Virus record (IMG/VR): IMGVR_UViG_3300033067_001225
Span: 1-35,317 of that record
Reading direction: 5' to 3' (one strand)
Origin: a virus
Taxonomy: Duplodnaviria; Caudoviricetes
DNA length: 35,317 nucleotides
Both the position numbers and the translations under genes were made by a program. The notes beneath the pieces are model-generated. The model did no database searches and was not told the DNA's origin. It saw only the letters and a program-made list of their open reading frames with translations. Shown piece after piece: positions 10,280-18,761 of this stretch. The first letter of the stretch is position 1. Every line of letters begins with the position of its first letter.

Positions 10280-13200
10280 TTATTTTTTATTTCCGAATAT
10301 TTTTTGTTTTGTTTTCTTTGTAGCTTGGGATTGGGCAATGCGTAATATTTGCGCCCTTTCAGATTCGTTCAAATCATCTATTTTTCTCAAGGTTCCCCCT
10401 TTATCTTTAGTAAGACTTACTTCGCTTATTTTTTCTCCCCTGCTATTAGTGTACGATTTTATATACACTTTGCCTGTTTTGAAAATATCTTTTAACTCAT
10501 TATCAAGATTAACCTTATGAAGATTGTCATACTTATCTTGAACTTCTTTTGGATATTCACTTAATTTTTTCTTTGTTTTATTTTTTTCATCGGTTATTAC
10601 CTCTGATGTATGTACGGTATTTGGCAACTCCATACCCCAATCTTCTTTTACTTTTTTGAATGTAGCAATGTTTTTATAATCTTCCTCTGTGAATGGGGAA
10701 TGATTATGTTTTTCTGCATCATACTCACTAACTCTAAAACCTGTTGTTCCCGAAACACCCCCCGCTATTATCCCTCTCAATATATCTTTTAATTGTGGCT
10801 TAGTCATCCCGTTATCCATTGCAGATTGCATAGTTACGGTATAGGCTTCTGCTGCGGGTAATGGTAATGCAGATTGAGCAGCATATTCGCCCCACGTTAA
10901 TTTTCTTTTTCCTTCTTTTGGTTTATCGCTTGAAAAAGGCATCACGTTTCCTGAATAATCTGTTCCTGTTGCAAAATCTACCAAATTAGAATATCCCGGT
11001 GCAGCCTTTCCTCTTGCGTACCCAATTACCTGTTTACCTAAATCCTGTAACCTTGTATCTCCGTGTAATTCTTTACTACTTTTGAATGGTGTCTTAGATA
11101 TATTTTTTAGAAAATTAAATGTGCCTAACATCCCCGAAGTTGGGTCTAATGTCATATCTCCAAACTTGAATTTAATCCAATCTGGCTTATTTGGGTCTGT
11201 AAGATTTGTTGGATTCTTTGGATTAGCTATATTTTGAAATGCAGCATTTACAGCCAATAACCCTACCATTGTAGCTAATTGTTCTCCCACTCTTTTGCCC
11301 CATATCTTAGCAAAAACTTTTTCACCTGCACTCACTTTATCGGGAGTAAACATAGCTTTTAATGCTGTTGATGTGGCTCTCATTGGGGAACGGGTAAGTT
11401 TACCCCACCTTGCAGCCTCCATGCCTCCTGCAAAAGATATTTCATTAACAACTTCAGGTATTTTCAAGTTTGTTGCTCCCGTTGCAAGATTAACAAGTTG
11501 CGCTATACTTGCTACTGATTCAGGGTCATTTTTTTCAGTATCACTTAATTTGTCATAGTAATTATCAAATAGGCTTTGCCTAAATACTTTTATTGCATTA
11601 AAACCTCTTTCTCCTGACAATCCAATTCTGCCTAAGAAATGTTGTGATTTTTGATATTCCTCTGTATTAATAACATCGGGATTATTTTTCAATCCTGCTC
11701 TTTGTGCTATTAAATAATTGGGACTGTTTTTATGCGCCTCCATTGCTCTTTCATAATTCGCTTTATTTTTACCATAAGCAAATTGCCATCCTTTAACAAA
11801 TCCTTTCATTACCTTCCCCCATTGTGAAGGATTAAAAAAATTCATGCCTGCGTGTGTACCAAAAAATATCCCGCTATGACCAAATACTTTTGCACCCCTC
11901 ATCGCTCCCATTACTCCACGCCAAAACTTACCTAACCATGTTTTATTTTGCATTGCTACCCATTTCTTAGTAGCGTTTTGGTTACGAGAATAATCACCTC
12001 TTTTTTTCCACATTTCATCCGAAATAGGTTTTACTTTTGGGGTTGTAATTGCGCTACTTACTTGCCTCCATGTTAATCCTAAATCATTTGAAACTTTTCC
12101 AATCATATCACGATATGAAACTCCTTGATCTAAATATGTTTTTTTAGCGTAGTCCCAAATCTCTTTCGCTTCTTCTGTGGTGAAATCATTGTCTTTTTTA
12201 TCAACATAATTATTTTGAAGTATCTCCAATTCGTTTTCACCTTTTGGTTTCAGTGCGTTTTCGTAATGCTCATGCAGTTGTTCAGATAGCTTTTTCTTAT
12301 CGCTATCTGAAAGTTTTTTATACCAATCGGTATCTTTAATTTTTTCGATTATGGAATTTACACCTTGTAATATATCTCCAGTTTTTTCAATTACTTTTGC
12401 CCCAAATTCAACTAAATCATTCCATGCAACCCCTTTAGTATGGACGGGTATTTCATTGCCATTTTCATCTTTAAAACTGAATGGCTTTGATTTAAGTTTT
12501 CTGAATTTATCTGCTAAATCTTTCGCTTTTTCTTTTACTGTTTTTGGGGTATCTGATTTTTCTCCAATCGTTTTGTCGGTAGCTTCAATTAACTGTTTTT
12601 CAAGTTCATCAGTTTGCTTCTTTAATTTCTGATTAGTTTCGGTAAGTTCTTTTATTTTCTTATCCTGTTCCTTACTTGTTGGTCTGTTTTGATATTCAGA
12701 TACGGCTCTTTTTACAGTAACAAAAGAATCGGTGTCCATTTCTCTTTTACCTTGCAATGATGTCATAGCCCTATGCGCTTCTGTACCTAAAGATTTAACC
12801 TTTCCTGCATAGTCATTAAGTTCTTTATTAGCATCTTCAAATTGTTTGCTATCTACTCCCCATTTTCTTCCCATTTCATCAGCTACTTGTGTAAGATGCT
12901 CTAAATAAGCTCTGCCAATGGAAATTCTATCGTGTAAAGTATTGTTTGTATTATCTATTTCATTGGGGTCGCCACCAGCCCCCAATAACCTGCGTCCACG
13001 CTCTGCATATTGTTCAGGTTCAAAATATACTCCACGTTCAGGCTCTTTTAATCCCATATTTTTTGCCAAATCTGTTAATGCCTCATGGTGTACCCCTACT
13101 GTTTTTCCTTTATCATCCTCAATTACCTTACCTTTAGGCGGTTCTTTTCCACCTTCTCCCGTTTCTGTTTCTCCCCCAACATTATTAGTTCCTTCTTCTG

Positions 13201-16200
13201 TAAGGCTTTCTTTTTTTGAGGGGATAGATACTTTAGTGTCGGGGAGCTCTTCATTTACTTTTGTTTCGGGTTTAGTGGATAGGGATTTTTCTTCAATTAA
13301 TAAAGATTCTATTTCTTTTACTAATTCAGGATTAGTCCCGTCTAACTTTGCCTTATGGTAAGCCTCTGAAAGTAACTTATCCCTATTAAGTTCGACATAT
13401 CTTTTATTTAGATTTTCTAACTGATTTTGTTTTTTAAATTTACTATACGCTTCATCACCGACTGTTTCTTTAAAACCGTTGGTTTCAGGGTTATAATCTA
13501 AATTGTTTTCAGCTAAATCATTAAGTATTGTTTTGCCCTTAATTGAACCATATGTATCAAACCATTTTTCATTTGTTTTTGTAGATACTTCTCCTAAAGC
13601 ATTAGTTGTACTTTCAACATCTTTCAATGCACTACCCCCTGCTGCTTCTGTGTATTGGGTGGGGGCTTGGGGTTGTTCTACTGGTTTTATTTGAGAAGTA
13701 TTAAAAACTACAACTTCCTTTTTAGGAAATAAGTCAAGCCTTAATCCATCATATCCTTCTGCTAAAAATACATCTGTAATTTTAGCAGGGTTTTCTTTTG
13801 ACTTTAAAGCAAATTGTTGTACATCAAAAATTGTAGATACATCTATTCCTCTTTTAGCAAAAGCATCTATTACATTTTTTGGCAATTTTTCTGTACTTAG
13901 TATTAATGGATTTTTTAAAGATACTTTTGCTTCCTTCACTTTGCTATTTTTATCTCTCAATGAGAAATCTTTTGCATCATTTTGGTCTTTAAAGAAATAA
14001 ATACCCCTACCGAACCACCCCTCGTCTGTTTTAGTTCCGCTTTTATCTAAATCAAATTGCTCAAAATCATTAGCAGTAGAATGATATAATGTTTCATCAC
14101 CTATTTTATCTGCCCCATATTTTTTGTCAAACGCATATTTTTGCCCCTTTTCTAATCCGTTATACACATCAAACGAAATCTTGCCACCCTTTTTAATTAC
14201 ATCTTCTATGCCTTTGTAATATTCATTCTTTAACTCGCCTTCCATTGCATCTGAATAAAGGCTACCTAATTCTTGTTTTTGGCTCTTTAAAAAATCGGAC
14301 TGCGTTTTATTATAATTACCATCAGCATCCACATCTTTCAATGCACTACCAGATACCCCTGCTGCTTCTGTGTATTGGGTGGGGGCTTGGGGTTTTTCTA
14401 CTTTATCATCAAATCTTGCGTTTATTTCATCTTCAATTCCTTTATTATGTTTTTTGTATTCTTCAATCGCTCCTTGTTCTGTCTTATGGTCGCTTTGGTG
14501 TATTATTTCAAGTTCGCCTGTTTTGGGGTTTCTTTTTCTAATAGTTAAAATATTATTATTTAACCTATTCTGGATATTAACCTCCCAATTTTCCCCACTA
14601 TAAAATAACCCCATTTTTTTATATCCCCCAGAATGAATAGAAACCCAATCACCATTTACGTTTGCACCTTCTTCTAATTGATTGTCTAATGCCTGTTTTC
14701 TTTTAAATTCATTTTTCTTATTTTTCAAATCAACAAACTCTTGTTGTTCCTGCGGTGTCATTTCTTGTTTAAGAAAACTCTTTTTATACAACTCCTTCAA
14801 CTTGGCTTCTTCATTAGTGTTTAATGGTTCTCCTTTTCCCACATCTTTCAATGCACTACCAGATACCCCTGCTGCTTCTGTGTATTGGGGGGGGGCTTCC
14901 TTTTTATCAATTAATTTTTCTGTATGATGGAAAATGTCGTCTAAAATAGTTGGGTCTTTTAACCCTAACATCTTTGCAACTGCATCTAAAAATTGCTTGA
15001 ATAGGTTTGGTTGTTTGCCTTCGCCTTTAAAATCTTTTAATAGCTTTTGAAATTCTGGATTTGAAAATGCTTCTGATATAAATTCATGCACATTCGCAAA
15101 TCCTCTATCTGTTCCTCTATCACCTAACATCCAAATATTTTTTGGAGTATTGCCGCCTTTTTGAGTGCCAAATCCTCCCCTATCTCTATTTACCTTTTCA
15201 CTAACCTGTTTAAATATTCTTTTCAAATTAGAAATAGCCTGAAACTCCTCTGGTGTTAAGTTTTTTGAATTTGGATTTTTTTCAAATTCCTTTATCTTAG
15301 ATATGGTAATATGATGAAGTGCTTCGTGAAAAAATATGTGCAGCTTGTTTTTATCTGTTTCGTTGTTAATGTGAATAGTCTTATCATTTTCATTATACGC
15401 ACCGTGAGTAGATACTTCTTCTTCTATATGTTTTGCAAAATCACTTAAATTTTTATACACAGTAGTTTTTACGCCACCTAACAAGTTTTTAACCGCTTTT
15501 GCTAATTGGGCATAAATACCGCCTTTCTTTTCTGCTGTGGCTAAGATTGTTTCAGTATTATCAGATGTGCCTATACTTTCATTTACATCTTGTGTTTCAT
15601 TATTTTTATTGGCTAATTCATTCCTTTTATTCTTCAACGCTTCAATAATATCAGCATTTTTAGCCCCCTCTGGCAAATCAATACCATTGTCTTTTGCAAT
15701 CTGCCTCAATTTATTATTATCAAACAAATCAAAGTTCGCCCCATTATCATGCAAGCCTAAAATCTTATTAGCATCTTCGCTTAATCCCCCCCCATCTTTC
15801 AATGCACTACCAGATACCCCCGAAGTTTCTTTTATTTCAGGTGGTACATTTTCCCCTAACGGAATATCTTCTTTTTGTTTAAATTTATTATTTATATCAT
15901 CTATTTCATTTTTGAATTTATCTTTAAGTACTTCTTTGGCATCAGAGAATGATACCATTGGTTTACCTTGTTGTTTTAATTGTTCATTGTAAGTAGGGTA
16001 TTTACTTCTTAAGAAGTCATCAACTTCTTTATCTGCCTGTTGTTTTTTATCTTCGGTAATTTTGTCAACTTGTTGTTTCCCTTGCAGTAATTCTCCTTCT
16101 TTATTAATTTCTTCTACTGTTTGTTTGGGAACATTTGATTCCTGTTCTTTATTTTTATACACATCCTCCATATCTTTTTTGACATCCTGTAATTTTTCTT

Positions 16201-18760
16201 CTGTTTTTTGTTTTAACTGTTCGGGAACATCTCCGTTAACTAACTCATTAAGATCGTACTCCTTCATTTTAAGCAATAAAAGTTCTGCTTTATTTTTAGG
16301 GGATAAAGGATTCCCATTATTATCTACAAATTTTACATTTTTTGAAACAATAGCAGCTTTTTCTATATTACTTTTTATTTGATTAAACTGTTCTGTATTT
16401 ATAGCACCGTTCCTTAATTGTTCTTTAGCTGCATCAATAAATAATTCAGGCTGTTCGCTTGACTTAACAAGGGCATCAGATTGTATGTTATCTATTTTAT
16501 CGTATTTAGATTTTAACCCTGCCACCCCCCCTCCAAAACTAAATGCAAGCGTTGTAACTAATCCTTGTTTAGCTAATTTATCATAATCTATTTCCTTATT
16601 ATCTATTAATTGGTTGGCTATATTTCCTGTTGTTGTAAGTGCAGTTATTTTTGCGCCTGATTTTGTAGATTCACCAAATGACTTACCTATCGATTTAGCA
16701 AAATTTTTAATAGCAGTTGGTTTACTCTTCATCATTGCCTCAATATCATTATTGCTCATCTTGCTTACAAGTTCCCCTATTGCCGTTTTAGTGCCTAACA
16801 TTGCTCTTATTGCATCGGGAGTACCTGCTCCCGCCAAAGCTGCTGAATTAATAGCTGTAACCCTTAAAGCATGACTAAACGGGTTAGCTTCCCCACTTCT
16901 AACTGCATTTGCATATTCATCTTGAAAACTTGTTGATGCTGCTGATATGAATGTTGACAATAGTTTTCTTCCCATTGTTGCAGTTGCTCCCCCACCCGTT
17001 ACTGCTTCCATAGCCATAAAAGGAACAAGTTGCGCACCCAATCCCCCTATACTAAAAAATAATGTTGATGGGGTTAAATTCAACCTACCACTTTTTATAG
17101 GAACTTTAGCCCAATCATTAGGATTATCTCTTAATAAATCATAAACAGCTTTTTCTCTATATAGCTTATCATTTTCAGAGTTTTCAGCCCCTTTGTAATT
17201 TTTAATTTCGTCTATTTTCTTTTGTAAAGAAGGGGAAAATTTATATTCAAAATCTTGTAATGCTTTATTTTTTTCAGTAAGATAACTCATTGATTCAGCA
17301 GTCATATTTTCCCCTGATGCTGTTAATTGATTTATCTTACTATTAGGGTCATTTAAAAATGGATACGTTATTAAATTTTTAAGCCCCTCTACTGTATTAG
17401 AAGTAGATTCCCCTATTTTATTAAATACATACTCGCCTAACCCAACTTTTTGTCCTAATATTTCCTGTACGGCAGCTTCCCTATCATATACTGCGGGAGT
17501 GCCATACTTTATATTTGCATTGGTTAATTCTTCGTTTATCTGTTCATCTCTAAGTGTTAATAAAGCTGCTTTCTGTTCTTGTTGCGGGGTAAGAAATCCT
17601 TGTTCATTCTTTATTTTAGTAAGGTCATTTATTTCCTCTTGAATATAGCTTTGCTGAAGATTAGCACCTAACTGTTTTAACCGCATTTTCTTTTCTTCAA
17701 GCCCTTGCTTTGCAAATAAATTACCTTCTATTTTTTTAGGGTCTATAAGAGCAGCGTTGTAACCTTGTGCTGCTTCTGGATTGGTATCTTGAAGGTATTG
17801 TAATCCCAATAATTCGTCATTGTCTAAAAATTGAGAGTTAGGGTCATTTTTGGCTAAGTCAGAAAATCCTGTCATAAAAGATTCGCCATAAGTTTTAGCC
17901 CTATCTACTGATAAGTCTTGTAGTAGTTTATCTTTATTTTCTCCACCATATTGATTAATAATATTAGTTAGGTCTTTTACTCCTTGCCTTCTTGTATTAT
18001 AATCCCCTAAATCACTTTCATTTTGTATCTTTAATACATTTCTCCATATTTGAGTTTTTTGGTCATCGGGAATATCTAAATTATTCAAATCACTTCTTAA
18101 ATTAAGTTGCCACTTCCCTGTTGCTAACTTTCGTGAAAACCTTTGTGGATTGTCTTTTTGTTCTTTAGATAACTCTTGTTTGGAAAAGCCGGGTAGGGAA
18201 TATAATTCTTCGGGAACGTCTTTTACTTGCTCATAAAGTTTTTCTGCATCTATTCCTTGTGTTTTTAAATCTTCCTTTATTTTATTAGACATCCCAATTG
18301 CATCTTGGTCTGGTACTAATGCACCTTCCCCCGGCCCGTATAATGGCTTTGTTTTATTTTCAAGTTCTTTTGCTTGCTTTATTAAACTTATGGGGTCTGA
18401 TGCGACTAAATTACCATTACCGTAATCATTGGCTATTGGTAGGTTTTCGTTTCTTGATACTGATTGGGGATTGGAAACGGATGGAGTAGTTTTTGAAGTA
18501 TTCCCAAAAAAAGGTAAAGCATTTTCTTTTTTTTTTATTGGAGATACTTTGCTTTCAAATTCATCAAAAGTACCTAAGTCATATTCGCTACCTACTCCAT
18601 CATAAAACGCTTTTCTTTTAGATGGGTCTTTTAGTTTATTTGAAAATTCATCAAAAGTACCTACATCATACTTTTTAGATACGGCATCATACAATATCTT
18701 AGCTTTATTTGGAGGGTCTTGCTGTTGTACCTCTTGTGATATTTCGTCTAATTCTGCCAT
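10280..18760 (-). CDS. Giant virion cargo/ejection polyvalent protein (zincin metallopeptidase and ART-PolyVal-like modules, LPD38-like C-terminus)
   Basis: 2826 aa, third gene of the cargo trio after the tail muzzle gene. Has G/A-rich hydrophobic segments (~16500-17100), HEALH plus HEFISE zincin motifs, and a YHST...GRGIYF...GYDG...EVVVFNTSQIK ART motif. The C-terminal P..SNLVDFATGTDYSGNV resembles LPD38-type regions. Confidence 0.8.
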   Translation of the reverse strand: MAELDEISQEVQQQDPPNKAKILYDAVSKKYDVGTFDEFSNKLKDPSKRKAFYDGVGSEYDLGTFDEFESKVSPIKKKENALPFFGNTSKTTPSVSNPQSVSRNENLPIANDYGNGNLVASDPISLIKQAKELENKTKPLYGPGEGALVPDQDAIGMSNKIKEDLKTQGIDAEKLYEQVKDVPEELYSLPGFSKQELSKEQKDNPQRFSRKLATGKWQLNLRSDLNNLDIPDDQKTQIWRNVLKIQNESDLGDYNTRRQGVKDLTNIINQYGGENKDKLLQDLSVDRAKTYGESFMTGFSDLAKNDPNSQFLDNDELLGLQYLQDTNPEAAQGYNAALIDPKKIEGNLFAKQGLEEKKMRLKQLGANLQQSYIQEEINDLTKIKNEQGFLTPQQEQKAALLTLRDEQINEELTNANIKYGTPAVYDREAAVQEILGQKVGLGEYVFNKIGESTSNTVEGLKNLITYPFLNDPNSKINQLTASGENMTAESMSYLTEKNKALQDFEYKFSPSLQKKIDEIKNYKGAENSENDKLYREKAVYDLLRDNPNDWAKVPIKSGRLNLTPSTLFFSIGGLGAQLVPFMAMEAVTGGGATATMGRKLLSTFISAASTSFQDEYANAVRSGEANPFSHALRVTAINSAALAGAGTPDAIRAMLGTKTAIGELVSKMSNNDIEAMMKSKPTAIKNFAKSIGKSFGESTKSGAKITALTTTGNIANQLIDNKEIDYDKLAKQGLVTTLAFSFGGGVAGLKSKYDKIDNIQSDALVKSSEQPELFIDAAKEQLRNGAINTEQFNQIKSNIEKAAIVSKNVKFVDNNGNPLSPKNKAELLLLKMKEYDLNELVNGDVPEQLKQKTEEKLQDVKKDMEDVYKNKEQESNVPKQTVEEINKEGELLQGKQQVDKITEDKKQQADKEVDDFLRSKYPTYNEQLKQQGKPMVSFSDAKEVLKDKFKNEIDDINNKFKQKEDIPLGENVPPEIKETSGVSGSALKDGGGLSEDANKILGLHDNGANFDLFDNNKLRQIAKDNGIDLPEGAKNADIIEALKNKRNELANKNNETQDVNESIGTSDNTETILATAEKKGGIYAQLAKAVKNLLGGVKTTVYKNLSDFAKHIEEEVSTHGAYNENDKTIHINNETDKNKLHIFFHEALHHITISKIKEFEKNPNSKNLTPEEFQAISNLKRIFKQVSEKVNRDRGGFGTQKGGNTPKNIWMLGDRGTDRGFANVHEFISEAFSNPEFQKLLKDFKGEGKQPNLFKQFLDAVAKMLGLKDPTILDDIFHHTEKLIDKKEAPPQYTEAAGVSGSALKDVGKGEPLNTNEEAKLKELYKKSFLKQEMTPQEQQEFVDLKNKKNEFKRKQALDNQLEEGANVNGDWVSIHSGGYKKMGLFYSGENWEVNIQNRLNNNILTIRKRNPKTGELEIIHQSDHKTEQGAIEEYKKHNKGIEDEINARFDDKVEKPQAPTQYTEAAGVSGSALKDVDADGNYNKTQSDFLKSQKQELGSLYSDAMEGELKNEYYKGIEDVIKKGGKISFDVYNGLEKGQKYAFDKKYGADKIGDETLYHSTANDFEQFDLDKSGTKTDEGWFGRGIYFFKDQNDAKDFSLRDKNSKVKEAKVSLKNPLILSTEKLPKNVIDAFAKRGIDVSTIFDVQQFALKSKENPAKITDVFLAEGYDGLRLDLFPKKEVVVFNTSQIKPVEQPQAPTQYTEAAGGSALKDVESTTNALGEVSTKTNEKWFDTYGSIKGKTILNDLAENNLDYNPETNGFKETVGDEAYSKFKKQNQLENLNKRYVELNRDKLLSEAYHKAKLDGTNPELVKEIESLLIEEKSLSTKPETKVNEELPDTKVSIPSKKESLTEEGTNNVGGETETGEGGKEPPKGKVIEDDKGKTVGVHHEALTDLAKNMGLKEPERGVYFEPEQYAERGRRLLGAGGDPNEIDNTNNTLHDRISIGRAYLEHLTQVADEMGRKWGVDSKQFEDANKELNDYAGKVKSLGTEAHRAMTSLQGKREMDTDSFVTVKRAVSEYQNRPTSKEQDKKIKELTETNQKLKKQTDELEKQLIEATDKTIGEKSDTPKTVKEKAKDLADKFRKLKSKPFSFKDENGNEIPVHTKGVAWNDLVEFGAKVIEKTGDILQGVNSIIEKIKDTDWYKKLSDSDKKKLSEQLHEHYENALKPKGENELEILQNNYVDKKDNDFTTEEAKEIWDYAKKTYLDQGVSYRDMIGKVSNDLGLTWRQVSSAITTPKVKPISDEMWKKRGDYSRNQNATKKWVAMQNKTWLGKFWRGVMGAMRGAKVFGHSGIFFGTHAGMNFFNPSQWGKVMKGFVKGWQFAYGKNKANYERAMEAHKNSPNYLIAQRAGLKNNPDVINTEEYQKSQHFLGRIGLSGERGFNAIKVFRQSLFDNYYDKLSDTEKNDPESVASIAQLVNLATGATNLKIPEVVNEISFAGGMEAARWGKLTRSPMRATSTALKAMFTPDKVSAGEKVFAKIWGKRVGEQLATMVGLLAVNAAFQNIANPKNPTNLTDPNKPDWIKFKFGDMTLDPTSGMLGTFNFLKNISKTPFKSSKELHGDTRLQDLGKQVIGYARGKAAPGYSNLVDFATGTDYSGNVMPFSSDKPKEGKRKLTWGEYAAQSALPLPAAEAYTVTMQSAMDNGMTKPQLKDILRGIIAGGVSGTTGFRVSEYDAEKHNHSPFTEEDYKNIATFKKVKEDWGMELPNTVHTSEVITDEKNKTKKKLSEYPKEVQDKYDNLHKVNLDNELKDIFKTGKVYIKSYTNSRGEKISEVSLTKDKGGTLRKIDDLNESERAQILRIAQSQATKKTKQKIFGNKK
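13617..13682. repeat. Cassette-linker direct repeat, copy 1 (6-bp in-frame deletion)
   Basis: acatctttcaatgcactacc-ccctgctgcttctgtgtattgggtgggggcttggggttgttctact. It equals copy 2 minus AGATAC with one substitution, and encodes VEQPQAPTQYTEAAGGSALKDV. Confidence 0.95.
13683..14092 (-). other. ADP-ribosyltransferase domain (ART-PolyVal-like) within giant protein
   Basis: TLYHST, FGRGIYFF, VSLKNPL, EGYDG and KEVVVFNTSQIK appear in the H-Y-E clade ART order. The domain ends exactly at repeat copy 1. Confidence 0.85.
14329..14402. repeat. Cassette-linker direct repeat, copy 2
   Basis: ccacatctttcaatgcactaccagatacccctgctgcttctgtgtattgggtgggggcttggggtttttctact, encoding VEKPQAPTQYTEAAGVSGSALKDV. 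Confidence 0.97.
14839..14898. repeat. Cassette-linker direct repeat, copy 3
   Basis: 59/60 nt identical to 14329-14388 (single T>G at 14890), encoding APPQYTEAAGVSGSALKDV. Confidence 0.97.
14920..15530 (-). other. Zincin-like metallopeptidase domain (MPTase-PolyVal-like) within giant protein; boundaries approximate
   Basis: HGAYNENDKTIHIN strand pair, HEALH at 15314-15328, downstream third-ligand motif HEFISE at 15071-15088, and a C-terminal LFKQFLDAVAKMLG helix. Confidence 0.8.
15793..15820. repeat. Cassette-linker direct repeat, copy 4 (partial)
   Basis: 28 nt catctttcaatgcactaccagatacccc identical to copies 2 and 3. The flanking peptide PPEIKETSGVSGSALKD is a diverged version of PPQYTEAAGVSGSALKD. 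Confidence 0.9.
18557..18663. repeat. Tandem N-terminal repeat in giant protein
   Basis: 20-nt identical aaattcatcaaaagtaccta at 18557-18576 and 18644-18663 (87 bp period). The peptides are LYDAVSKKYDVGTFDEF and FYDGVGSEYDLGTFDEF. Confidence 0.85.
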
Positions 18761-18761
18761 T

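Noticed and set aside
14318-14336. DVDADG as an RNA polymerase DxDxD catalytic loop
   Set aside because: It is formed by the repeat/cassette junction and lacks the DFDGD/DFDID context or flanking beta-barrel sequence.
14344-14381. attC-like bulged hairpin in the repeat (cac-ta-cca-g-atac ... gtat-tgg-gtg)
   Set aside because: It has only 10 interrupted base pairs and no GTTRRRY core sites. It is disrupted in copy 1 and absent in copy 4, and no integrase is visible. This is too weak to claim site-specific recombination.
13617-15820. Repeat array as CRISPR, DGR or shufflon
   Set aside because: Spacers are 450-900 bp and coding, and there are no cas genes. There is no reverse transcriptase and no adenine-specific mismatch pattern. 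The repeats are direct rather than inverted, and no invertase is in the window.
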